A stretch of DNA of 63,644 bases, filler included, from a bacterium (lineage in GTDB: Bacteria > JBBIVP01), in NCBI GenBank assembly GCA_037439705.1. It is 20 parts of 20 records of this genome, joined end to end, with 100 filler letters (N's around TTAATTAATTAA, not from the genome) between each part and the next. Parts side by side here need not be neighbours in the genome. Positions count along the whole stretch, not along the records: positions 30,465 to 33,593 come from JBBIVP010000204.1; positions 33,694 to 36,782 come from JBBIVP010000205.1; positions 36,883 to 39,922 come from JBBIVP010000206.1; positions 40,023 to 43,055 come from JBBIVP010000207.1; 16 more parts are not named here. One strand, written 5' to 3'. Numbering within the stretch: the first letter of the stretch is position 1; every line of letters begins with the position of its first letter. A program made the position numbers and the translations under genes. This document shows positions 31,369-41,761 of this stretch, piece after piece. The notes under the pieces were generated by a model. That model saw nothing but the letters and a program-made list of their open reading frames with translations, ran no database searches and was not told the origin of the DNA.

Positions 31369-32845
31369 AGGAAAAAAGTCAAAAACAGTCCTCTTTGTCT
31401 TGGCATCTCTCCTGTTACTCTCCTGCGAATCGGAAAATCCTTATCACAATCATCCACGCCTCGCACAGAGCTCATGGCCCATCGTTCACAGAAATCCAGC
31501 ACAGCAGGCAGGCTCAGAATTCCCGGGTCCTAAACCACCATTAGAAGTAAAAACATTTGACCACAGAGGACCAGGATGGGTACTCTTTGACTCAAAAGGT
31601 AATCCTGTATTCGGAAACGCAAATCCCCTTCAGGGAAAACACGAGTTCAAAAAGTTTGACAGAAATATGAATCTTCTCGCTTCACTTTCCCTCTCTTTTG
31701 AGAACACAACAAGCATTCTGGGAGGAATCTACAGCTTTATTGACCATCAGGACTGTATATGGACATCCCTGGACATGACCATTTACAGGCTATGTCAAAA
31801 AGGAAGGACCTTTGAGGAAAAGATGAAATTTGACATATCAAAAATCTCTAACGCATTCTCAAGCCAGGAAACAATCCTCGCACTTATGCCACTTTACAAA
31901 CCTGAAGCATGGATGGAAATTGCCTTCGCAACTATGGGAATTGAATACATAAGAGAGGGGAATTTATTGAAGGTTAATATCCCCGGAGCAAAACTTGGCA
32001 TCCTTCAGATTTTTGACAAAGATAATGCAAGTGTATATTATTACCAATTTAAAGAAGAAGCCATCCAGAATGCCTCAGCCCTCGATAAAAATGACAACAT
32101 CTACCTAATAACAAACAAAAAACTTTATAAGATGAAATTTAACCATTCATCAAAAACTATTGAAAAGTTGTGGGAATACCCATATGACCCGGGTCCACCG
32201 CCCGAGGAAATAGAATGTGAAGAAGGAAGTCAAATTTATGTTTGTCTTTTTCTCCACTACCTTAAAAAAGTAAGGTTCTTTAACGGTTCAGGAACAACTC
32301 CAACCCTTATGGGAGATAATGAAGAATATGTCGGATTTGCAGATGGGGCTCTCCCCATGAAAGTAATAATCCTGAGAACTCAGGACGGAAGCCCCGTAGA
32401 AGTAGATGAACCCATCCCATTCTCTTACGATCAAAACTCCCAGACCGAAAACAGTATGGCATATATAAACCACAAATTCATCATTGACAATAATAACCCA
32501 GAAGGCACAGGAGTGGCTTGCTACGAAATAAAAGGAAATTACGGAAATGAAAAAGTAGAACTCCTGTGGGTAAACAAAGATGTATTCGCACCAAACAATG
32601 TCCCTCTCGTCTCTGGACCATCCAACGAAGGATATGTTTATGAACTCATAAAAGAAGGAGAAAAAGAAAAATGGTTCCTCACATCCCTTGACCTCAACAA
32701 CGGAAATGTCAAATGGAGAGAATTCATAGAAGAAGGATTTGAATACAACAGCATGTATGCCCCATTAGACCTCAACGATAAAGGAGAAATTTACATCGGC
32801 CTCTTCGGAAAAATTTTAAGGGTTAGAAATGGAGTAGGAGAATGA
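31349..32845 (+). CDS. Hypothetical lipoprotein, probable beta-propeller
   Basis: Lipobox LLLSC; SSWPIVH, LWEYPYD, GSGTTPTLMG, and a PQQ-repeat-like LDLNNGNVKW. Confidence 0.65.
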   Translation: MTLHTIEGKKSKTVLFVLASLLLLSCESENPYHNHPRLAQSSWPIVHRNPAQQAGSEFPGPKPPLEVKTFDHRGPGWVLFDSKGNPVFGNANPLQGKHEFKKFDRNMNLLASLSLSFENTTSILGGIYSFIDHQDCIWTSLDMTIYRLCQKGRTFEEKMKFDISKISNAFSSQETILALMPLYKPEAWMEIAFATMGIEYIREGNLLKVNIPGAKLGILQIFDKDNASVYYYQFKEEAIQNASALDKNDNIYLITNKKLYKMKFNHSSKTIEKLWEYPYDPGPPPEEIECEEGSQIYVCLFLHYLKKVRFFNGSGTTPTLMGDNEEYVGFADGALPMKVIILRTQDGSPVEVDEPIPFSYDQNSQTENSMAYINHKFIIDNNNPEGTGVACYEIKGNYGNEKVELLWVNKDVFAPNNVPLVSGPSNEGYVYELIKEGEKEKWFLTSLDLNNGNVKWREFIEEGFEYNSMYAPLDLNDKGEIYIGLFGKILRVRNGVGE

Positions 32846-32929
32846 AAGGAAATTTTAAAAGAGCTATTTAAAACAATGCTTCATAAATTGATGAGTGGGG
32901 AGATAAGATTAAAAGAGGTTGAGATATGA
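32846..32929 (+). pseudogene. C-terminal remnant of a type I restriction-modification specificity subunit (HsdS-like)
   Basis: KEILKELFKTMLHKLMSGEIRLKEVEI* resembles the conserved HsdS C-terminal helix. Its TGA overlaps the next ATG. Confidence 0.6.
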
Positions 32930-33237
32930 CGAAGGAAGAAGTATTACAAAAGTTAAGAGAAAATAAAAACAAAATTAAAGAGTTTGGAGTTAAAAAAATA
33001 GGGATATTTGGCTCTTTTTCAAAAGATACCGCAAATGAGAAAAGCGATATTGACATTTACGTAGAGTTTGACCTTGAAAGTATTACTTTTGATAAATATC
33101 TTGCTCTTGAAGAATTTCTCAAAAATCTTCTATCAAAAGATGTGGATATAATCATTAAAGAAGGACTGGAAAGCATAAGAATAGACTACATAAAGGAAGA
33201 TATAAAAAGAGGTATAATTTATGCATTAAGGAGATAA
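32926..33237 (+). CDS. Minimal nucleotidyltransferase (MNT/MntA-type antitoxin)
   Basis: FGVKKIGIFGSFSKDTANEKSDIDIYVEF (GSx10DxD). Confidence 0.9.
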   Translation: MTKEEVLQKLRENKNKIKEFGVKKIGIFGSFSKDTANEKSDIDIYVEFDLESITFDKYLALEEFLKNLLSKDVDIIIKEGLESIRIDYIKEDIKRGIIYALRR

Positions 33238-33567
33238 AGAATACTTACTTGATATTATTGAAGCCTGTGGAAGGATAATGAAATACACAGAAGGATTAAG
33301 TTATGAACAATTCCTTTCTAATGAGGAGAAACAAGATGCAATAATAAGAAACATTGAGGTAATAGGCGAAGCAATTAAAAATCTAACAAAACAATTAAGA
33401 GAAAAATATACAGAAATTGATTGGAAAAAAATTGCTGGTATGAGAGACAAAGTTATACATTTTTATTTTGGTGTAAAACTTGAAATTGTATGGATAGCTG
33501 CAACCAGGGAAATACCTAAACTCAAGGAAATGGTGGAAGAGATGTTAAAAAGGAATTGGAGCAATGA
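33221..33567 (+). pseudogene. HEPN/DUF86 (HepT-type) RNase toxin with a stop at codon 3 and a probable 3' frameshift
   Basis: ATG CAT TAA GGA GAT AAA GAA TAC... then DAIIRNIEVIGEA and WKKIAGMRDKVIHFY (Rx4HxY). Confidence 0.8.
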
Positions 33568-33593
33568 ACAAAGAGGAGATTTTCAAAAAGTTA
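33564..33593 (+). CDS. Probable start of a second MNT gene
   Basis: MNKEEIFKKL parallels MTKEEVLQKL of the upstream MNT; only 10 codons are visible. Confidence 0.5.
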
Positions 33594-33792
33594 NNNNNNN
33601 NNNNNNNNNNNNNNNNNNNNNNNNNNNNNNNNNNNNNTTAATTAATTAANNNNNNNNNNNNNNNNNNNNNNNNNNNNNNNNNNNNNNNNNNNNGGAGAGA
33701 GTTTATTTGAAACATATAAAAATAGAAAGAAGTCTGTAAAAACATATACAAATTCTCCCGCATCGCTAATCCATCCCTGCCCCCCTCTTCCA

Positions 33793-33927
33793 TTTGATTT
33801 TGAAAATAATTGTTTTGCTCACTTCCATATAAACTGGGTATCTCCTGTTAAAATCAGAAGGATTATTGTTGGCGGTGATAAAAAAATGTTAGTTTATGAT
33901 GACATGGAAAATTTTGAAAAAATAAAA
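33793..33927 (+). other. Gfo/Idh/MocA oxidoreductase fragment fused in frame to guaA (probable chimera)
   Basis: [45 protein letters not shown]. Confidence 0.7.
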
Positions 33928-35331
33928 TCTTTCAATCCCTACGGAATAATTATTTCGGGAGGTCCATCCAGTGTTTATGAGGAAAATGCTCCTGACCTTG
34001 ACGAAAGGATTTTTTCTTTGAAGGTTCCCATTCTTGGAATATGCTATGGACTTCAAATTTTGACAAAAAAATTGGGAGGAGAAGTAGAAAAGGGAAAGGA
34101 AAAAGAATACGGAAGGGCAATCCTCAATGTGGTGAAGAAGAACGGACTTTTTAGAGGAATTAAGAAAAAAAATGAAGTGTGGATGAGCCACGGAGACAGG
34201 GTGAAAAATCCACCTCTCGGTTTCATCAGAATAGCGAGTTCAGCAAACACTTTTTATGCGGGAATAGCGGATGAGAAAAGAAAAATTTTTGGAATTCAGT
34301 TCCATCCGGAAGTGGCTCACACACCGGATGGAAAGAAAATAATAAGAAACTTCCTTGACATCTGCTCTGCACCGAGAAACTGGAATATGACTTCCTTTGT
34401 GGAGTATTCCATAAAAAGAATAAGAGAGGAGGTTGGAAATTCAAAAGTGATATGTGCGGTTTCTGGAGGTGTGGATTCAACAGTTACCGCTGTGCTTCTT
34501 AATAGGGCAATAGGAGAGAGAGGTATATTTGTTTTTGTAAATAATGGGCTTTTGAGAAAAGGGGAGGTGGAGGAGGTTTTAGAGAATTTTAAAAAGATGA
34601 ACCTGCCACTCCTTTATGTGAATGCTGAAAGAGAATTTTTGAATGCCCTGAGAGGAGTGAAAGACCCGGAAAAGAAAAGGAAAATCATCGGGAATAAATT
34701 TGTAGAGGTTTTTGAAAGAGCGGTAAGGGGAATAAAAGGAGTGAAATTTCTCGCTCAGGGGACGCTATATCCCGATTTAATAGAAAGCAAAAGTTATAGA
34801 GGACCATCAGTAAAAATTAAAACACACCACAATGTGGGAGGACTTCCTGAAAAAATGAAACTTAAACTTATAGAGCCTATGAAAGAACTCTTTAAAGATG
34901 AAGTTAGAAAACTGGGAAAGGAACTTGGAATTGATAAAGAAATTCTCATGAGACATCCTTTCCCAGGACCATCCCTTGCTGTCAGAATAATAGGAGAGGT
35001 GACAAAAAAGAGACTTGAGATTTTGAGAAGAGCAGACAGCATATTTATTGAGGAGTTGAAGAAAAGCGGGTTATACGATAAAGTGTGGCAGGCTTTCTCT
35101 GTTATGCTTCCAGTAAAAACCGTTGGGATAAAAGGGGATAAGAGGAGTTATGAGTGGGTTCTGGCTCTAAGAGCTGTTGACAGCAGGGACGGAATGACCG
35201 CTGACTGGTCAAAACTTCCTCACAGATTCCTTGACAGGGTTTCAACCAGAATTCTGAACGAGGTTGAAGGAATAAACAGGGTGGTTTATGATATTACTTC
35301 CAAACCTCCAGCCACTATTGAGTGGGAATGA
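33916..35331 (+). CDS. guaA: GMP synthase (glutamine-hydrolysing), native N-terminus missing
   Basis: [47 protein letters not shown]. The expected N-terminal LDFGSQY motif is absent. Confidence 0.95.
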   Translation, partial: EKIKSFNPYGIIISGGPSSVYEENAPDLDERIFSLKVPILGICYGLQILTKKLGGEVEKGKEKEYGRAILNVVKKNGLFRGIKKKNEVWMSHGDRVKNPPLGFIRIASSANTFYAGIADEKRKIFGIQFHPEVAHTPDGKKIIRNFLDICSAPRNWNMTSFVEYSIKRIREEVGNSKVICAVSGGVDSTVTAVLLNRAIGERGIFVFVNNGLLRKGEVEEVLENFKKMNLPLLYVNAEREFLNALRGVKDPEKKRKIIGNKFVEVFERAVRGIKGVKFLAQGTLYPDLIESKSYRGPSVKIKTHHNVGGLPEKMKLKLIEPMKELFKDEVRKLGKELGIDKEILMRHPFPGPSLAVRIIGEVTKKRLEILRRADSIFIEELKKSGLYDKVWQAFSVMLPVKTVGIKGDKRSYEWVLALRAVDSRDGMTADWSKLPHRFLDRVSTRILNEVEGINRVVYDITSKPPATIEWE

Positions 35332-35389
35332 ACTTGTCAGTTTCAATGTGGTTGAAAATAAATAATGGATGTAAGTATACTATTCTAAA

Positions 35390-36782
35390 ATGAGAAAGAG
35401 TAATTTTGTCCATCTTCACATCCATTCTGAATACAGCATACTTGACGGTGTTCCGAGTGTGGAAGAGATAGTGAGAAAGGCAAAAGAAGAGGGTATGCCA
35501 TACCTTGCCCTTACCGACCACGGAAATATATTCGGGGCTATAGAATTTGCTATCACTGCTGAGTCAAACGGAATTGTTCCCATTATTGGATGTGAGCTTT
35601 ATGTGGCACCAAAAAGCAGGTTTGATAAAACATCAAAAAAGGAAGACGATGGAAACTTTCATATAGTCCTTTTAACAATTAATGAGGAGGGATATAAAAA
35701 CCTTTGCAAACTTATAACTTTTTCTTATACAGAAGGATTTTTCAGGAAGCCAAGGGTTGATAAAGAACTTTTGAGAAAATTTTCAGATGGGCTGATTGCT
35801 ACTTCTTCCTGCATGCAGGGAGAGGTTTCGCTTCTTCTTTCCAAGGGGTTTTATAATGAAGCATTAAAAGCTGCCATGGAATACAGGGAGATTTTCGGAG
35901 ACAGATTTTATTTAGAAGTCCAGGCGAATAACCTCCCCTCCCAGAAGATTGTGAATGAAGGATTAAAGAAAATTTCTGAGGAGACAGGGATATCGCTTGT
36001 GGCCACGAATGATGTGCATTTTATAGAGAAAAAGGATAGCGAGATTCAGGATATTCTTCTCTGCATCCAGACAGGAAAAACACTTAAAGACCAGGACAGA
36101 TTCAAAATCAAAACCGACGAGATATATTTTAAATCCGAGAAGGAAATGTTGAGAGATCTAACGGGGTTTGAGGACGCAATTTATAGAACGATGGAAGTGG
36201 CAGAAAAGATATCCTTTAGATTTGATTTTGATATCGTTCACATTCCACAGATGGGAAGTTTTTCAGACCTTGAAAGGCTGGCGAAGGAAGGGCTTGAGGA
36301 AAAACTTAAAATTATGGAGATGAAAAATACACTTCCGTTTCCTAAGGAAGAATACTACAGAAGACTCCAGTCGGAACTTGAAGTAATAAAAAATCTAAAA
36401 TTCCACAGTTACTTTTTAATAGTTTCAGATATTGTCTCTTTTGCTAAAAAAAACGGAATTCCTGTGGGAGCTGGAAGGGGTTCAGCGGCTGGAAGCTTAG
36501 TTGCTTACGCACTTGGAATCACAAATGTGGACCCATTAAAGTTCGGCCTTCTTTTTGAAAGATTTTTGAATCCGGGGAGAACTTCAATGCCGGACATAGA
36601 TGTGGATGTGTGTGCGAAAAGGAGGGAGGAGGTGTTTTCTTATATAACTGAAAAATATGGGAAAGCGAATGTAGCTCACATAGTCACATTTAGCACGAGG
36701 AGAGGAAAAGGAGCAGTGAGAGATGTTGGTAGAGTGATGGGAATTTCTCCGGAGAGACTTAACGAAATAGCAAAAAGAGTTC
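35390..36782 (+). CDS. dnaE: DNA polymerase III alpha subunit, 3' truncated
   Basis: FVHLHIHSEYSILDG, ALTDHGN, GRGSAAGSLVAY, FERFLNPGRTSMPDIDVD. Confidence 0.96.
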
Positions 36783-36882
36783 NNNNNNNNNNNNNNNNNN
36801 NNNNNNNNNNNNNNNNNNNNNNNNNNTTAATTAATTAANNNNNNNNNNNNNNNNNNNNNNNNNNNNNNNNNNNNNNNNNNNN

Positions 36883-38251
36883 GTCCTCCTCACCCTCTAT
36901 TGGGGATATAGATAATGATGGAAAATTAGAGGTTGTCTTTGGGTCGGATGATTCTAAAATCTATGCCATTTCAACTGGTTATAAACTTCCGAAAGAATCC
37001 CTTCTTCCATGGCCGAAATTCGGGCACGATTCATATAATTCAGGAAACTATTATGGAGTTAAGGTGAAGAAGAGAACAAGATATCCCCCCTACCTTACAA
37101 TGAGGGTTGAGGTTAGTGATGAGAATGGGAACAGGATAATAGATGGGGGAGAGAGGGTTGATGTGGGGATTGATGTATCAAATAAAGGGAAGGGAAGTGC
37201 AGAGGGGGTTGAGGCATTTATTTTCTTCAGGCAGGGTTCTTTTGAGACAAATGAGAAAGTGTTAATTGGAGATATTGAGGCAGAAAAATCAAAGAGGGTG
37301 AATTTTCAAATCTCAATTCCATTTAATATAAAGACAGGACCCTGCGGGATAATGGTTTATGTTTCTGATTCAGCTGGATACAGGTCTGAGGAGTTCAACC
37401 TGAAGATGAATTGTGCTGAAGTTCCACCACCTGCTTTTTCCATTTACTCTGTCATTGATGACGATTTAACTGGAAAATCAAGCGGAAATGGGAATGGAAG
37501 GATAGAGGTTGGAGAGACCATAGAACTCAGGTTGAATGTCAGGAATGAGGGTAAGGGAGTAGGGCGTGATGTTGAGGTTTCTCTTTCATCAATGGATGGG
37601 ATAGAGGTGATTGAGGGGGTTTCAATGATAGGTAATATTCCACCTGATTCAGGTGGAGAGGGTGTTCTTGTTTTCAGTATTCCCGGGGATTTTAAGAAGG
37701 ATAGGGTATCCCTTGAGTTGAAGTTAAAGGAGAAAACGGGTCTTTTCTCAAAGACTGATTTTAAGAGTTATCCTGTTTATGAGAGGGTTTTTAGCAAGGA
37801 AATTGCTCCTCTTGGAGGGATTGTTCAGACACTTCCGAGCCTTGCGGTATGGGGAATTGGAAGGGGTGAGAAACTTCCAAAGGAGATAAACACAGGTGTT
37901 TTATGGACACTTCTTATTGAGTGTGCAACGCGGAGTGGTCGTTATAATGTTTTGACGAAGGATAATATCTGGACGACATTGAGGGATAAGGGAAAAGACC
38001 CTGAGAAGGCGATAAACGAGTGTGTATCTGCTATGTGCCTTGTTGATTACGGGAGGTCCCTTCAGGCAGATTATATAATTGGTTCAGAACTTGACATTTT
38101 TGGAGACACTTATATTTTTTCTCTTTCAATATACGATGTTCAGAGGTCAACTATTTTGAAGGCGAAGACAAAGGAGACGAAGTCAGGAGGTTATGAAGCT
38201 TTGAAATCCCTTATAACCTCTACCTGCGAGGAACTTTTCGGTATGAAATGA
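36883..38251 (+). CDS. Multidomain exported protein: FG-GAP-like repeat, two Ig-like (CARDB-like) domains, C-terminal CsgG/TolB-N-like domain; 5' truncated
   Basis: Frame open from 36884: SSPSIGDIDNDGKLEVVFGSDD...WPKFGHD; duplicated NGNRIIDGGE / NGNGRIEVGE domains; C-terminal CVSAMCLVDYGRSLQADYII. Confidence 0.65.
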
Positions 38252-38709
38252 TTGGAATTTTGGGAATTATTTTGTTATCCATGAGTTTTAACCTTAAAGA
38301 CTACCTTGAGAGGCAGTTCAGTCTTGATGATTATTGCGGGGAGAGAGCGAGGTTTAAAGCGAATGCCATAATTGTTAGTTTCTTTACTCTGAACTGTAAA
38401 GAGTGTATGGAGAGGGAAATTCCTGCATTAAGGAGAATCTACAGGGAATTTAAGGACAGAGGGGTTTTTGTATTTCTCATTGGTTTTGGTGAGGACAGGT
38501 GGAAGGTTGGAGACCACTTTTCACAGAATCCTGTTGATTTTCCAGTTCTCATTGATTCATCAAAGAAAGTTGGTTCTGAATGGGGGGTATTTGGAGTTCC
38601 GAATACATTTATATTAGACGGAAGGTGCAAAAAGAGGTTTCACCTTCAGGGTTCAAGGACGGATTATGAGGAATTGATTAAGAAAAAGGTGATTGAGATA
38701 ATAAAATAA
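38248..38709 (+). CDS. TlpA/peroxiredoxin-like thioredoxin-fold protein
   Basis: CKEC (CxxC), FPVLID, GVFGVPNTFILD. Confidence 0.85.
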   Translation: MIGILGIILLSMSFNLKDYLERQFSLDDYCGERARFKANAIIVSFFTLNCKECMEREIPALRRIYREFKDRGVFVFLIGFGEDRWKVGDHFSQNPVDFPVLIDSSKKVGSEWGVFGVPNTFILDGRCKKRFHLQGSRTDYEELIKKKVIEIIK

Positions 38710-38830
38710 GAGATTCAACTTCGCAAATGTATATCCTTTATTCGTCTTCTTGACTGTCAATTTTTGAGGTCTTAGACTTCCATTATGAAAAATAAAAAAA
38801 TGTATTTTAAAAAATATAATTTCTTTCGCA

Positions 38831-38966
38831 CCTGACTGCGAAGGGTTTGTAAAATTATTAAACAAAAATAATGTTAAATACATTTCAAAAAAAGACCTTA
38901 TCAAAAGTAAAAATTGCAGGTAGAAAACAGGACCTTGTTGAGATTGAGAGATTAAAAAGAATCCTA
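38831..38966 (+). pseudogene. Internally deleted nucleotidyltransferase remnant (DUF6036/AbiEii-like)
   Basis: PDCEGFVKLLNKNNVKY is joined directly to ISKKDLIKSK, then (frame change) KIAGRKQDLVEIERL: the N- and C-terminal motifs without the catalytic core. Confidence 0.5.
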
Positions 38967-39080
38967 AAAACTTTTGTTAATACTTTCTTTCTCATTCCAA
39001 TGGTGGAGATAAAATTTCTTGAGAATTAATTTTAGAAGTTTTAAATTTACACTATGATTTTTTAAAGAGCAAGTTTTCTG

Positions 39081-39922
39081 ATGAAGAACGAAGAGGAAAT
39101 TTTTGAAACGCTGAGGGGTTATGAGAAGTGGAGGAAGAAAATCTCAATTTTTCTCGGACCCATCATTGCAGTAATTGTTCTACTCATCCCGATTGAAGGC
39201 ATTTCTTCATCTGCTCATAAACTTCTCGCAATTTTTTCACTTGTTATTGTCTGGTGGATAGGAGAGCCAATTCCACTCGGGCTAACCTCATTAACAATTC
39301 CATTTCTCATAATCATAAGTGGCGTAGCAAGTCCGAAGGAGGCTTTTTCGGAGTTTTCAAATCCAATAATTTTTCTCTTTCTTGGAAGTTTCATAATAGC
39401 GGAGGGGATAAGAAAACACGAACTTGACAGGTTCTTTGCTGAGAGGATTTTGAGGGTTGCTGGGAAGGATTCAAGGGTGCTCGTCCTTTTATTCTGTGGA
39501 TTTTCGTGGTTCTCTTCCTTCTGGTTGAGCAACACAGCGGTAACAGCGATGCTTCTTCCACTTGCTTACGGAATTGCAAGGGGTGTCAGAGAAAGAAATT
39601 TTATGTGCGGTCTTCTTCTTTTTATGGCTTATTCAGCATCCATTGGCGGGATAAGCACTACTGTGGGAACCCCTCCAAACCTTATTACCCTCGGTTTTTT
39701 TGATACCCTTTTAAATTATCACATTGGATTTTTGAAATGGATGCTTCTGAGTATTCCCATGACATTTTTTATGTTTCTTTTAACATACTTAATAATGAGG
39801 CTTATCTATGTAAAAAAGATAGAACTTAAGGAGGTTCGCATCGGAGAGGCAAAATCTCTTTCAAGGGCTCAAAAAAATCTCCTTTTTGTTCTCGGAATGG
39901 TTATTTTTTTCTGGGTGGTTCC
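39081..39922 (+). CDS. DASS/SLC13 sodium:dicarboxylate or sulfate symporter, 3' truncated
   Basis: WIGEPIP, IIFLFLGSF, WLSNTAVTAMLLP, SIGGISTTVGTPPN. Confidence 0.9.
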
Positions 39923-40022
39923 NNNNNNNNNNNNNNNNNNNNNNNNNNNNNNNNNNNNNNNNNNNNTTAATTAATTAANNNNNNNNNNNNNNNNNNNNNN
40001 NNNNNNNNNNNNNNNNNNNNNN

Positions 40023-40714
40023 TTCCAAAGGAAGCCCAGGATGAGTTCTCTTACTGGAGTCATATGAAGACAGCAAAGGCGCAGGATGAAGGGAAATTTA
40101 AGGATGAAATAATCCCGTGGAAGGTTGTGGTTGGTGGAGCAGAAAAGGTCCTTGATAGAGATGAATGTGTAAGAAGGGACACAACCATAGAAAAAATTGC
40201 TTCCCTTCCCCCGATAGTTGCCAATTTTGACCCGAATAAATCACCGATGATTACAGCAGGTAATTCATGCCCGACAAATGATGGAGCCACAGCCCTTATC
40301 ATAATGAGCCTTGATAAGGCAAAAGAGATTGGATATGAGCCAATAGCATTTATAAGGGGGATAGCTTTTGCGGGAGTGGAGGCTTATGAAATGGGAATTG
40401 GCCCATCAAAAGCAATTCCGAAGGTTTTGAAGAGATGCGGTCTTAAGCTGAATGATATAGATGTTATAGAAATAAATGAGGCTTTTGCATCTGTTGTTCT
40501 TACAAACTGCAAGCTCCTTGGGATTGACCCGAAGGACCCGAGGCTGAATCCCAATGGAGGAGCTATAGCAATAGGACATCCACTCGGAGCAAGTGGTGGA
40601 AGACTCACAATGACAGCAGCCTATGAATTGAGAAGGAGGAAGGGAAGATATGCCATAGCAAGTGCCTGTGTTGGTGGCGGGCAGGGTATGGCAATTTTAC
40701 TTGAAAGGGCGTAA
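40023..40714 (+). CDS. Thiolase, C-terminal half
   Basis: EAQDEFSYWSH, TAGNSCPTNDGA, EINEAFA, NGGAIAIGHPLGASG, CVGGGQG. Confidence 0.93.
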
Positions 40715-41729
40715 ATGGATTTTGTGGGGGACATTTTTTGTCCCCCTTTTTCTTTTTTGTGGAAAAGAAGAGATAAAAGAATGTGAATTTGAAGAAAAGG
40801 CTTTGTGGTCTGAGTTTATTTCCTGGACATCTGTAAAAAGTTCATTTCCATATATAAAAGAAAACGGTTATTCCATTTATCTTGCAATTCAGGAAAATTT
40901 TATCGGAGAGCCTGCTCTTCTTGACCTTCTGAAATTTGCTGATGAAATGGGAATAAAAATTGGAGCCTGGCTTCTTCTTTCATACGAGGACGGATACTGG
41001 CCTAACGAAAAAAATGCTGAGAAATTTTTGATGGCTGTTAAAAAATTTGTGGAGTGGAAGGAGGAGGAAAAATTTGGGGTTGAAAGGATTATAGTGGATA
41101 TGGAGACATCGTATCAGAGAATGAAAGCACTTGAAGATGCCCTTTCCCGTTCAGATTATTCGTTCATTATTAATGACCTTCTTAAAAGCATAAATCCACA
41201 GGAATTTTCTTATGCAAAAAGTGTATTTAAAAATATGGTTGACTGGCTTCATAAAAAGGGATATAAGGTTATGGTTACAACCGCTCCTTTTTTGATTGAT
41301 GACCTTTATGATGAAGATGAGGACATTTCAGATGCCCTTGATATCCCAGTTTATGGAGTAGAATGGGATGTTGTTTCTTTTATGGTTTACAGGAGTCTTT
41401 TCAAAAATTTTGCAGGAATAATGTCCCCTTACATTACCTATTCCTATTCCGAATCAGCAACTTCTTTCTTCGGTGAGAAAACTGCTATTGACCTCGGTGT
41501 AACAGGGGAGGAATACGGAAAAAAGGAAATAGAAGAAGACCTTGAAATTTTATGTTTTCTCGGAATAAAAAAATTTCACATATATTCTCTTGACTATATT
41601 TCTACAATCAGCAACCCATCGGGTTTTTTAAAATTTCAGGTCTTTCCTCAAAAACCAGCTCCATATATGCTTTTTTCCCTATTGAGAACCCTCATTCAAT
41701 CTATGGACAGGGGATTGTTGAAGGATTGA
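40701..41729 (+). CDS. Hypothetical exported protein, possible TIM-barrel hydrolase
   Basis: Signal-like N-terminus with Cys; AWLLL..EDGYWPN, IIVDME, WDVVSFMVY. Confidence 0.55.
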   Translation: MKGRKWILWGTFFVPLFLFCGKEEIKECEFEEKALWSEFISWTSVKSSFPYIKENGYSIYLAIQENFIGEPALLDLLKFADEMGIKIGAWLLLSYEDGYWPNEKNAEKFLMAVKKFVEWKEEEKFGVERIIVDMETSYQRMKALEDALSRSDYSFIINDLLKSINPQEFSYAKSVFKNMVDWLHKKGYKVMVTTAPFLIDDLYDEDEDISDALDIPVYGVEWDVVSFMVYRSLFKNFAGIMSPYITYSYSESATSFFGEKTAIDLGVTGEEYGKKEIEEDLEILCFLGIKKFHIYSLDYISTISNPSGFLKFQVFPQKPAPYMLFSLLRTLIQSMDRGLLKD

Positions 41730-41761
41730 TTTAATTTTTAAATAATGAAAAACTTTATAAC

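Noticed and set aside
1817..33229. Stop-codon reassignment (pyrrolysine, selenocysteine or alternative code) to explain the internal stops
   Set aside because: The internal stops differ (TAG, TAA, TGA, TAA), and all three codons end normal genes here (e.g. TAG for tolB, nuoM and nadB; TGA for guaA). Frameshifts also occur, so errors or decay explain it better.
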